64,000 nucleotides of DNA, from the NCBI RefSeq assembly GCF_964204645.1, contig NC_134028.1, positions 15,321,653-15,385,652 of the forward strand, written 5' to 3'. The notes beneath the pieces are model-generated. The model was given only the letters and a program-made list of their open reading frames with translations. It was not told the origin of the DNA and made no database searches. Shown in pieces: positions 50,381 through 62,188 of the stretch (position 1 is its first letter; every line of letters begins with the position of its first letter). The position numbers and the translations under genes are program-made. Origin of the DNA: Tubulanus polymorphus. Its lineage: Eukaryota; Animalia; Nemertea.

Positions 50381-50960
50381 TTATTTTAGTTAATTTTTGT
50401 TCTGGTTCATTTTCTGTTTCACCGTTTGGTTGTAGTACATCTGTTTCGTTCTTACCTGATTTATATTCCATAGGCTTGATATTCGAAAATGTCATGACAC
50501 CAGTAGAAATTAATGTCATAACCGATCCTAATTGAAATGAAGCATAACCAACCCATTTTTGTAATTCAGTCATAACTGGTAGTCATTTTTCAAATCAGTA
50601 TATAATTTATTTTCATCATCAATTGGTATTAACCGGATTCATAACTTAGAATAACATTTGACAATACCATCTGAAATAGAATCATAATGCCTCTTCATAA
50701 ATCTTAAAATATTTTATTACTTTATCAGGTTTCATAGAGTCTAATTCTTGAAAAGTTATTATTTTCCCGATAAACTGATTACATTTACCACTAGCAATTA
50801 ATAATTCTAGATGGTGCTTACAATATAAGTAGTATTCATAATCAATATTGTTATTAACTTGAATAGAATTAGAAACAACTGGATCCTTATTATCACTTAT
50901 GCCCAAATCATCTAATGTTTTTTCAATATCAATACTATTCTTACTCGATTTCTTTGACAT
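50373..50960 (-). pseudogene. Homolog of ORF 710-1315, disrupted
   Basis: Fragments 50682-50960 and 50373-50573. Confidence 0.72.
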
Positions 50961-51369
50961 TTATATTAGAGAAATTTAATAAGAAAAATATTATAAGTAT
51001 TATAAAATGATACTAGTATCTCTTTGGGTAAATACTAAATTGACTAGGTTAGTTAAAGTTAAAGAATTTCTATTCAAATCTATTCAAAATCTATTCAATC
51101 TAGTGTCAATTAGAATAACCAAAAGAAAATATTAAAAATATAATAGAATTCACTAGCTAGTTGAAGTTATTGTTTTTTAAATACTTTTTATTTAAATTAG
51201 GATTTAATATCTCACTACTATTGTCTATCTATAGGAGCGGTAACTATAACTGTCCAGATAAGTCATTTCGGATTCTCGATAATAAATCCTCAAGCTGAAA
51301 ATAAATTCAAAGAAACGACTGGTGGAATTACTATTTCATAAACACATATATTTATCATGTAAATTTTAG

Positions 51370-51576
51370 CGATCGATAATAGAACAATGGAGAACAATAG
51401 AAAAGCGGTCCAATCGGACCGGTTATTGCGCAATACTTAGTTAACAGTAAACAATCAATACAGAACAACCGCCGCCATTAACAACGATCAATAATAGAAC
51501 AATGGAGGACAATAGAAAAGCGGTCCAATCGGACCGATTATTGCGCAATACTTAGTTAACAGTAAACAATACAATA
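51370..51576. repeat. Two direct repeats (period 115 bp) with small hairpins
   Basis: CGGTCC-AATC-GGACCG and TATTGCGCAATA in each copy. Confidence 0.88.
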
Positions 51577-51648
51577 TTAAAACAGATATATACAATCGAG
51601 ATTACATTTTTTTGATATCTATATTACAATGACCTTCTGTGTTATAAT

Positions 51649-52105
51649 TTATAATTTTGTCCAGATTACTGGATTGTTTCCAATCATTTCTTCAATTTCT
51701 GGTAAATATCTGACTACTTCACTAAATGCTAATCCTAATATTTTGAATTTTTCATATTTTATTAATCTACCTACTCTTCTCAGTTTTCTTTCAAAGCCGG
51801 CACTGATATCTCCACTCATTTTCTTAGTTTTCGATTCTTTGAGTCCCAACAGCAATTTAAGTCGCGTTGCTGGTAATTTTGGTAATTGAAGTTCGCCCGG
51901 TAATTGTTTATTATGTATTACATCACTCAGAATTTTCACCATTTCTTGATGATAATCCAGATGTTCTTGTAATTTTGTGAAGTTTGTTCGTCAATTACGA
52001 GAGTTTCATCCTCCATTTCTAGTGATTCCTGTGTTTCACTATCCATCGTTTCTGGTTCCTCTTCCGATGGTTGACTTGGAATTTCTGGTCGATCTCTGTA
52101 TTCCA
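51649..52105 (-). pseudogene. Hypothetical Polinton accessory gene, probably frameshifted
   Basis: Acidic start MEYRDRPEIPSQPSEEEPE followed by ORF 51649-51942; no recognisable motif. Confidence 0.4.
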
Positions 52106-52525
52106 TTTTAATCTAAAAGATGCCGTGAAAATGAATTACTGTACTTAAATAATTTTAAAGGTTTCCCTACTTCATAATATATGTACTTACATTTAGATTT
52201 AGAACTGTAAACTGTGTTTTGAGAGAGAATATCCAATACGTACTATGTATGTGAATGTTGATTTCTAACTGCCGACGTGGCACACGTTCGACCAAACTAA
52301 TTATTTCTGCATGTTTGCCTGGATTGTAACAGATGTTCCTTTGTGATGTAATTGATTAATCCTTTTCAATTGAAATAGCACATTCGATCAATATTCAAAT
52401 GAGGTACACCCCATTCAACTGAATATAACTGCCGCAGATGTTTTTGTAAACAACCTACAGCTAACCTAATACAATTGCATATAGGCAGTTTGACATAGAT
52501 CGAAAGTAACCGGTTTTCTAAGCGT

Positions 52526-53178
52526 TTAGGATTCAACGTATTTTTCATTATGTGTTGAGTTCCATAATTCAACAAATGTCTTTGCTTTATCCAGTTGATC
52601 TAAATATAATTGCATATCTAGTTTGTTAGATTTAATTATATTTTCTTTCTTTTCTAAAAGTCTTAAATTTCTCCAGTTCCAGATTAGCTTCTTATTATAA
52701 TCATCACTCATGTCAAATTTAGAAATCGGCAACACGTGATCAATATGAAAGTATTCACCATAATTATCTATATTCATTTTATCATCGAATTGATATATTA
52801 TCCATGGTATGAAAAATTCATCTGAACAACCCAATAAATTAGATAGTGTTTCTGAATGTGTTTCTTTGTTGAATAATTGTGTTAATCTAGTCCTTAAACA
52901 TTGTTTCAATCTAAAATTGAGATCTGTTTGATATCTTTCTCTCATATATTCTGTCATATAATAATTATAATGTTCTATATTATCTTCTCGATATTGTTTT
53001 GTATATAGTTTAGTGCAAGTTTTACAGGAATATTGAAAACCATCTTTGCTAATCTTACGCTTACTAAATTCTGTTAAAGCTAATTTATCTAATTCACATT
53101 TAGAACATTTCTTGTAGTATATATTATGACACCAGTGTTATTTGTAATATTAATAGTTTGTGGTTGTTCTGATTCCAT
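52526..53178 (-). pseudogene. HNH/EndoVII-like endonuclease with N-terminal Cys4 Zn ribbon (large-DNA-virus type)
   Basis: KKCSKC...EFSK...KDG...CKTC upstream in frame; LLGCS...NYGEYFHIDHVLPISKFD...NWRNLRLL.KKENIIKSNK; ATG at 53178 is out of frame. Confidence 0.8.
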
Positions 53179-53200
53179 TTATTGTACATATTTTTTTACT

Positions 53201-53692
53201 AAATTGATTTTAGAAGTTATTCATTTATATGTTATTCAATGATTTATATATGAATTATTTCGATCACACTTCACTAACACTTTTAATGTTAAAAAATCTA
53301 ACTCATACAAATATAAATATTGAAATAATGTTTAAAATATATCTATATATCTATTCTATAAGAGCTCGTACTCTCGTACTCTGGCTTGAAAGCCTACTTT
53401 TCTAATTACTTATATATGTTATTCATTTATATCTTATCCATGTATATTAATATTTTAAGAGTAATAGGGGTTTAGTTGTTCTAGGTTAAAGGTTGAATGG
53501 TCGAGTTCATTAAAAACAAATATTAAAAGTAATTTAAAACTATAATATATTTTCATAGTCGTGTGTATTTTAGTTAAATAATAGAATAATTATTATTATT
53601 TGAATATATTTGATTATATGAATTTGTGTATTGTAAATAAATCAATTGGTCGCGGAGCGGAGCTTTAGCGAAGCGGAGCGACCTATTGATTA
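53201..53692 (-). repeat. Right TIR of Polinton B, ending just past the hairpin apex
   Basis: Inverted match to ~25490-25964; outer arm and AGTAAT terminus absent. Confidence 0.92.
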
Positions 53693-53928
53693 TATTTTGA
53701 TCCGAGTCCGTGGGTCAACAAAAGGTTACCGACATGTGTTTTAAGATAAATAACATATAAGCAGCAATGTTTCAGTATTCTTCTCCACACTGTAATAGTG
53801 ACCATGGCAAGAAAACGCAAAACAAATTCCGCTATCTAAATTATTGAATCAATATCCTTAATAGATATCTGTAAGGATGTAAAAGAGAAAATGTTGCAGA
53901 CTAGACACTTAATTTTTTTTCCTCAAAG

Positions 53929-54992
53929 GATGGAAACTTGGGGAAAAATGTTGAAAGAAGGAACGCTAGTGAGTGATATCATTTTTGACCTGCACAAAAC
54001 ATCAATGTTCTTATAAAATAACCCAATCCAAGACGGATCCATATGTTAATTTCATGTTGGAGTGGAATGATAAACTTCGTCAATATTCGAGCAATGGGCC
54101 GTTTATATCTACTCCTCATGAAATGTTATGGGATCTTTTTCAAAAGGATAAAATTGAAATTGATTCAGCAGGAGCAATCATCCACAGTATCGGTGACTAT
54201 GTGAGAAATTATATACAGGCCAGAATGAACATTTCTGAAGAAAGAACCGAGACGAGTATTTTGAAGTGCAGGACTGCAGGACTGTATCTTGTTTCTGGTG
54301 GCTGTCCGGGACTTATGTTTTCTTTATATAAGCGTGAACGTCGAAGGGGTAATACAGAAGCCCAGAAGAAACTTCAAATCCTTTCGAAAATGATAATTTT
54401 GGACAAAAGCAAGTCTTCAAAATTGCCTGTTGAAGTTTGGTGCCGTGATAAAGGTGGACTTTACATAATCAAGCCAGAATACATGGATATGGTAAAATCA
54501 ATTGATACCGAAATCATGAATTGTGTAAATGTAACCGAATTGCAAAAACATAAAATAAGAATTATCAGGGTAAGTAAACAATGTTTTAAAATATTTTTTT
54601 ATTGCTCTTAATACAAAAAATACACTTCAAAATAAATTAAATGTTCATATTTTTCAGCTACAACAGACAAAATTCTGCCAAATAAGGATCTTGAAGCAGT
54701 TTTTGTCGGACTTGTCACACAAAGTGTTGGATCAGAGGTGGCAGATGAACTGAGACTGAACATAGTTTCTGTTTGGACGGACTTTTTGCGTAAATACACT
54801 CATGCGCGCATAAATGGAATCATAAAGGCAATATACGAGAAAAAAGTAGAAAAATCTGGTAAACGCCTGAAAGGAGGATCAAGCTTAAGAGAAACGCTTT
54901 ATAATCTTGGAAAGACAAGAAACCCTAAACATTCTAAATCAACTCCTTCAACTTCTAAAAAACAATCTGTTCGTAAAGGAAATAAACGGTGA
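53929..54992 (+). CDS. Spliced accessory gene (3' part) of a second P-like element
   Basis: GLYLVSG...RDKGGLYII.PE...WTDFLRKYTHAR helical domain; intron 54570-54657; 5' end lost at the Polinton B junction. Confidence 0.55.
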
Positions 54993-55159
54993 CATGGTTA
55001 TTAATTGAATAATAATACGATTCTTCATTTGATGTATATAAAGGTAACTAAGAAATTGGACAATACATGAACGTATATGTTTATATATAATCTATTTTTA
55101 GTTTGTTAATTATTTTTTTCTCATGAGTGGAACGTCCTGGGAATAAAGCGTTGTATCTC

Positions 55160-55838
55160 TGTAATAATTTCTCTTCTTTTTCTTCTGATGGCCATGGACC
55201 TCTCTTTTTAACATAACAGTTCTCCTTGCCTGTGGATAGTTCAATGATGTTAGTTTTCCACCCACGCAGTGTTTAAACTGCGAGAGTTTCTACTGCACTG
55301 TCATTCACTGTGAGTGGGGTAATATAATATCCAGGAAATTCAGTTAGATAGTCTTTACAAAATCCAATGAACCCAATTACCATAACACGAAGTAGATCAT
55401 ATGTCTGAAAATATAAATAGTGTCTCCATTTCTTATAGATGCTCATTTAAAAAGATAGCCATAGGTGCTACTTCGTTGATATGTTATCTTAGTTTACCTG
55501 CCAACTAATAAATTTCTTTTGGGATGGAGAAATCATCTGGAATTCGTCAGCAACTGAAAATAAGATAGGAACCCAAATTTGAATTAGTTAATTTCTCTAT
55601 GAATTATTTCGTCTGGCAAATTTATTTTAGACACATGTAAAATGATTTGTTATATCGGTGCATTCACTCACATTCATGGTGTAGATATTCACACCAGTCC
55701 CTGAAGTATTTATATCCTTCTGAGATGTTCAATATGATTGGGCTTTCCATGTCATGAATCTGGCTATTCCTTGTCATGTCATTTGGTTTCTTCTTCAAAA
55801 AGTTGGCTGCAAGCCACCAGGTAACTTCGGGTTGCCAT
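55160..55838 (-). pseudogene. 3' exons of a P-like transposase; upstream exon continues beyond the LTR element at 63749+
   Basis: ESPIILNISEGYKYFRDW, KKFISWQ|TYDLLRVMVIGFIGFC...YYITPLTVNDSAVETL; empty site restores QPQVLAELYRTWQPEV. Confidence 0.65.
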
Positions 55839-55842
55839 AACA

Positions 55843-56034
55843 TGTAACGAGGTCCTATTCTGCCTGTTCCACAGTAGAAGTTTCCTCCAAATATCGACTC
55901 TGAGAGCCCAAAAACCAGTAAAAAGGCGGACAAAAGATATTAACACAATCACCTATTGTTCTGTATTTTCGAGAGAGAGGGCAGCACCCTCCAGTTACAA
56001 CATAGAAAACGACTGATGGACATATTCCATCACA
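55843..56034 (-). repeat. 3' LTR
   Basis: Matches 63557-63748; preceded on the minus strand by PPT GAAGGGGGGTGG (56035-56046). Confidence 0.97.
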
Positions 56035-56549
56035 CCACCCCCCTTCAACTTGTTCAAACTCCTATTTGAACAGGAATATATAGTCAAAATATCTACACAA
56101 ATTAAATTATAGTCCTTATTATAGTATATTAAGCTCCAAACTTCTCGGCTCTGGATACAGTAGACATCTAACATGGCGTAGTCGTTGTTTCGCATTAGGG
56201 TTGCATCTCAGTGATGATAATACATGCAGCTTTCGATCTCCACTAATGGTTTGTGGTTTGTTTTCGGGGCGCACCTAAGCGTAGTGTCTAACCAAAAATA
56301 TCTATATCATCAAAAGGTAGATACGGCCAATGGACACTGCACTTGGCTTGCCCCTCTGCCACTGTTCCTCGTCCTGGGAAGCTGAAAAATACAATCAAAA
56401 GAAAACGGAAAGAAACTGTTCGCAATGGGGTGTGCTACATCTGGGGGGTCACGTGTGGTAGTATTTGGACTGAATGGCTTTTTGTCACTAACATTACAAA
56501 GAATAAGCGACTCCAGGTGAACCATCGTTAGGTACCGAAGGAAACACAT

Positions 56550-57383
56550 TCAGGCGCGATCTACCACACGGATTATTTCCCGACAGACATAGTGCATGGC
56601 CGACTTTTTGTAGTGGATCCCCACAAAATCAGAATCCGGGATATCTGGATGGTCGGCCTGTTGGAACCCGGCACGGAGGGCGAAGACGTTAACCCGGTTG
56701 ATGTTGTTTACCCGATTGTGGTCACCACGCCAGCAAGGAGGGACAGGGGTCTGTAGGTGGAAAAGGGGAACAGAAGGGTGCTTGCCCTTGAGTAGCGCCA
56801 AAACTTCCGCCAACTCCTCTGTCGTCCTGCCATAATCGCCGGCATGGTTCATACCATGCGTGACCACAATCGCTCTTGCCCTAAAGGATACATGTGGGAG
56901 GTACTCCAACAAATCACCGAGTCGTTCACCAGGGTGGCAAATTGGAATCAAACCGCCGCTGGCCTTTAGCCCCGTAAACATCGAGTCTCCCAGCAACACG
57001 ATTGGTAAGTCCTCAACTGCCCTCTGTTTCAAGTCTCCAAGTTTCGACCAGATGTACGAGGAGTCACCACCACATTCGGCCAGGGCGTTCACTAGTTCCT
57101 GGCTGATGTACTCAAATGCAGCTGTGCTCATCTTCGGCCGAAAACGTCGGGTCTTTGTCGTCTTGAGACCGGTTACTACCGCACCGGTTACTATGCGACC
57201 TGGATCCTCCACAAACGACTGTTCTACGGCAGAGTTATAAAGTCTGCCCATCTTGGCTCTCAATTCGCTGAGGGTCTTGTCCTGTCTGTGAAGGGTGGAA
57301 CAGACTTCTTTCGAGACCTGCCGTTTAAGGGTCTGTGTCGCCTCGTGGAGGCTAGATAACTGGTCTAACTCGATACAGTCCAT
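56550..57383 (-). CDS. Extra ORF3: coiled coil plus SGNH/GDSL hydrolase-like domain
   Basis: IVLLGDSM (block I), CHPGER (II), VVTHGMNH (III), DFVGIHY (V-like). Confidence 0.75.
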   Translation of the reverse strand: MDCIELDQLSSLHEATQTLKRQVSKEVCSTLHRQDKTLSELRAKMGRLYNSAVEQSFVEDPGRIVTGAVVTGLKTTKTRRFRPKMSTAAFEYISQELVNALAECGGDSSYIWSKLGDLKQRAVEDLPIVLLGDSMFTGLKASGGLIPICHPGERLGDLLEYLPHVSFRARAIVVTHGMNHAGDYGRTTEELAEVLALLKGKHPSVPLFHLQTPVPPCWRGDHNRVNNINRVNVFALRAGFQQADHPDIPDSDFVGIHYKKSAMHYVCREIIRVVDRA

Positions 57384-57933
57384 GCTAGAAACGATAAATA
57401 GTTCAAAACATGCAACGACAAGACTAAATGGCGGAGATTCCGTTCATTCAGATACCACCCGAATCATGCAAGGTGGGTGGTCCCAAGCATACCATCAGGA
57501 GGTGCAAGGGGTCTGAAATCCTAGTCACCACCAGTTACAAATGATAATAAACTGTCTACTAAAACTAAGTAAATATATAGACAGGGTTATATACAAGGGT
57601 ACTAAATATATATATATAGGATTTAACCCTTTGATTTAAGGTACCGGCCCATTTCTAACCAGTAGCCTTTCCTCATGTTAATCCGGGACCGAACTTCGCG
57701 ACATTTCTGGCAATTTTGGATCAGTTCTATATCAAAAATGTTGTTCTGCTCAATCTTGTCCGAGGCGACTGGAGGTCCTATAAGTGTGTTTGGATCCACC
57801 AAAGGGTCTGAGGCCCTATTTTGGTTGGCTAGCGAATCATCGTTATTGACTGTACATGAGTTTACGAACCGACTAGGGCGCCTGATCCCTACTCTGGGCC
57901 TGAGTCTTCTGTGCCCCTCAGTGTTTGTAATGT

Positions 57934-60900
57934 TCAAAGGCCCAGGCTTGGAGCAGTTTGAGTAGGAGGCTCGCGATGGTTTTGGGTAGGGTTTGTTACA
58001 AGAGGTTCTTGAATAACTGCCGTTGTCTCGGGGTGTGACCGTGTCCAGACACAGTCTTCATCTTCCTCCCCCTCGTCGTCATTGAGGGTTGGTTGCTCCT
58101 CGGGATCGGTCGTTTTAACCGGTTCCTGTCTAGGTTTTTTATGACCTATGGTCACGGTCTCACTAGACAGGAAGCACGGTTTCATATCATTGAAGTGCAC
58201 AACCCGCTTTCTCTTCACCGCCCTCGGATCGGCGCCTGGTTCCAGGACAACCCTGTAATTCACCTCCGATAGTCTCTCGGTCACGACGTAAGGCCCTTTC
58301 CATTTCCGGTGGAACTTAGATGCCTCGTCCTTCTTCAAGAAATGGCTCATCAGCCACACGCGATCCCCGACCTTGTAACCCCCGCGTTTTGCGAAACGGT
58401 CATAGTCCATTTTCTGACGCCTTTGTGCCATCACTAGTCGATCACGAACAATGTTGTGTGACTTAGTGAGGCGGTCAGAGAGGTCCATGCCATACTTAGT
58501 CCTTGGTTGGTGGTCCTCGGGCAAGCCTACGCTGATGTCGATTGGTAGTGACATTTCCTCGGCGTACATCAAGTAGAACGGCGTTTCAAGAGTGGAGTGC
58601 TGGACGCTTGAACGAAATGCCATCAAACAGGCTGGTAGTTCCTCGTCCCAGTTTGTTCCACACTCATTGACGGCTGTAGTCAGCATGGCCTTCAGGGACT
58701 TATTGAAATTTTCCACCTGCCCATTGCCCATAGGATGGTAGGCAGTGGTTCTGGTCTTTTCAATAGCCAAGATCCTACACATCTCCATGAAAACTTTCGA
58801 CTCGAAGTTCGCGCCTTTGTCCGAGTGGATGGATTCAGGGCAGCCATAACGGGTGTCCCACTCGTTCACAAGGGCACGTGCCACCACGGAGGCCTTTTCC
58901 GTGCGAATTGGCCATGCTTCGGGCCACTCAGTGAATGCATCTTGAGCCACTAGAATGTAGACGTTGCCGCGGCGGGTTCTCGGTAATGGGCCCACGATGT
59001 CTATATGTACACGCTGGAAGCGTCGCCCTACCGGTGTAGACGTCATTGGGGCTTTTGGTAGTTTGGACGGGGACTTGCACTCTTGGCAAGTTTTGCAGCC
59101 CCGAACAAAATCCCTGATCCTAGCTGAGAGGCCTAATACCCAGAATCTTTCCCTAATTTTGCACTCTGTCTTTTTGGTACCGAGATGTTTCCCCGCAAAT
59201 GTATGACTCCTATGGTTCCATCAGTCAGTGAAATGGGTAGTACCACTCGGTGTCTCGTTGAGGTAGCCCCCGGAAGTGGTTTAAGCGCAAGAATGCCATC
59301 TAAAAGCTCTAGACGCTCAACCAGACTATAGAGGCTCCTCGCTGTTCTACCACACCGTTGTAGCCGTTTCTTGTCCTTGACCCCATCTCCGGCCAAGAAC
59401 TCCCTAATTTCTGATATTTCGGGGTCATTTACTTGCGCCTCGATTATTTTGTTCCTGGACAAGCCAGTGGAGTGCGCTGTCAAATCGCCCTGATGTTTTG
59501 CAGTCACCTGGTATATAGATGGACCAGTGTCACCACAAGTTGGGCAGTCCCCATGTTTCCTCTGTCTCTTAGGGATGCGAGACAGGGCGTCTGCGTTCAA
59601 ATGTTTGCTTCCAGCTCGATGTTCGATCACGAAATCATATTCCGACAGGCGTTCAAGCCACCGAGCCACTTGGCCCTCAGGGTTTTTGAAGGTTTGTAGC
59701 CACTTGAGTGCTGCGTGGTCTGTGCGAACTTTGAATTTCCTGCCTAGTAAATGGTGGCGGAAGTGATCAATCATGTCAACCAAGGCCAACATTTCGCGCC
59801 TGGTGGCATAATAGTTCTCCTCTCCACCTTTCAGCGTGCGGCTACTGTACTCGATCACTCTCTCAGAACCATCGTGTTGTAGTTGTGACAGCACCCCTCC
59901 GATAGCCCAATTAGAGGCGTCACAGTCCAAAATGAACTCTCCAGCACCCTCCGAGAAATCTGGGAATGCCAGGATAGGGGAGCTGGTCAGCTTTTCTTTC
60001 AGTCCGTCAAACGCTAGTTGTTGCTTGAATGTCCAGACGAATGGTTCATTTTTCCTCGTAAGGCGGTGTAGCGGGGCTGTCAAGTCGGCGAAATCCTTGA
60101 TGAATTGCGAGTAATATGTCACAAGACCAAGGAAACTACGCAGTTCGGTAACTGACGTTGGGGTCGGCCAATCCCTGACTCTATCGCATTTGGCACCGTC
60201 GGTTTCGACACCGGCCTCGCTTACTACATGCCCCAAAAACTTGAGGCGCCGCTGGAAAAGCGAGCACTTCCTCGGTTTTAGCTTGAGACCGGCTTTCTGA
60301 AAGCAACGAAATACCTCTTGTAATCGCGTCAGATGGGTTGGTAGATCATGACTAAACACCACTACATCATCCAGGTAGATAAGGCATGTTTTCCATGCCA
60401 CATCATCCAGTACCATTGCCATCAGTCTGCTGAATGACGCCGGGGCATTACAGACTCCAAACGGCATGACATTCCACTCAAATAGATGGTTTTCAGTCGT
60501 GAATGCGGTCTTATGTTTGTCTGATTCCTTTATTGGGACCTGCCAGTATCCGCTAGTTAAATCGAGGGACGAGAACCAGGTTGCGCCCGATAAAGCCTCT
60601 AGGGTACCGTCTATTCGACCTAATGGGTGAGCGTCTTTGACTGTTGCGTCATTGAGTCGGCGGTAATCGCAGCATAGACGCAGGGAACCATCGGCCTTTT
60701 TCGCTAGAACTATTGGGCTTGACCACGGGCTGGTGGATGGCCGGATCAAGTCGTGTTCTAAAAGCTCCTTGGTCGTCCCCTCAACAAAAGCTCTCCTACC
60801 GGGGGGTAGCCGACGGGGATGTTGTTTTATCGGTGGGTGGTCACCGGTGTCAATCTCGAATTCAAGCGAATCTGTTCGACCAATGTCAAAGTCTCCCATC

Positions 60901-62147
60901 GAGAATACTGACTTTAGCTCCCGTATGATGTCAACAAGCTGTGTTTTCATGTCAGTGGGGATTTCAAGCTGGTCGATTTTCAATTCTCTCAAGAGGTCCT
61001 TGAATTCAGTATTGTCACCACCCTGCAGCTGGATTTTTGGAGTTGACGGGTTTTGAGCATGGTCGTCGACAGTCATGATGTCAACTGACTGTAGGGGGCA
61101 GAATAGACCAATAGTCTGGCCCCTGTCGACTCTACAAGCCTCATCCGAGAAGTTAGCCAGCCGAACCGGTATCTGGTTTGCCTCCGGTACCACCAGTGTT
61201 TTCCCAGTGCAAAAATTATTCCGTCCACAGCTGCTGATCATCCCTGAGATCGAATTATTATGAGCATAACTCCGTTTCATGTATCCATTTACCACCACCT
61301 CGGATCCAGCTGGAATGATTTGGCTCTCCCTGCAAGCGCTCGCGCGTTTGGGGCTCTGGCGGACAGGCACCTCGCTGAGGCTTCCGAAGCGGAGCACTTT
61401 GTTACGGTAATCTATGTTGCAGCCATATTTCTCGAAGAAATCACTTCCAAGCAAGCAGTCTTGTGCCAAATCCTCACTGACGATCATGGGGACATGAAAT
61501 TCTTCAGTTCCAACTCTCAGACATACATCAGCTAATCCACGTAACTCCATTGGCTGACCGGTAGCCGTTGTCACGATTCCTTCGATTGGCCTCAGTGCAG
61601 CGGCTTCACCAGTCGGGCTGCTAGAGTCCCATACCGAACCTCTAATGATTGTGCAGGAGGCACCAGTGTCCAGGAGTACCACCGCTTTCGAATGGTCATT
61701 TACTACGGCATCACAGAAAAGGCCCGAGGCGTGGAGCCTCACTGTTCCGATGTTTGTAACTAAGCTCGTCTGGGCTGGTTCTGTCCCTGTTGTTTGAACC
61801 TTGGTGTCGCGCAACTTGTGACAAGTGTTTTCCGTAGCCGGACTGGGAGCCTCACTGTTCTCCGAAGGGTCACGTCGATTTTCTTCTATACTTTGGGTAT
61901 GTTGTGGTGGTCTAACAGTGATGGTTCTAGTAGGATGCGGACCATCAGTAGGTGTATCTCCACTAGAATCACATGCCGGGCCAGCAACCACATATCCGTC
62001 TTGAGGTGTCGTTTGAATATGGTTTGATGGTCTCGATATCATTTGAATATGGTTTGATGGTCTCACGGTGGTGGGGCTAGTATGATGGTAACCATCAATA
62101 GGTGCATCTCTACTTGCATCGCACGTTAGACCATTTGCCGTATTCAT
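57934..62147 (-). CDS. pol: Pol polyprotein (PR, RT, RNase H, integrase); one frameshift near 59190
   Basis: LLDTGAS, CDYRRLN, MPFGVCNAP, YLDD, DCDAS, RTDHAAL, NADALSR, HIDIVGP, HSDKG, GQVENFN, WKGPY. Confidence 0.96.
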
Positions 62148-62188
62148 CCGATTTTTCCTACGTCTTGCGGGGGGTATATACAGCGGTA

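Larger units (their letters stand above)
25315..53692 (+). mobile_element. Maverick/Polinton provirus, copy B, with ~650-bp TIRs (right TIR clipped)
   Basis: Starts AGTAATAGGGG at 25315; left TIR ~25315-25964 matches inverted ~53201-53692; full gene set between. Confidence 0.95.

Noticed and set aside
1-53692. Copies A and B as arms of one giant inverted repeat or an assembly duplication
   Set aside because: They differ by many substitutions, independent lesions, swapped modules and different terminal hairpins
57623-57937. 104-aa ORF after integrase as a separate gene
   Set aside because: Likely a frameshifted low-complexity tail of pol; no motif
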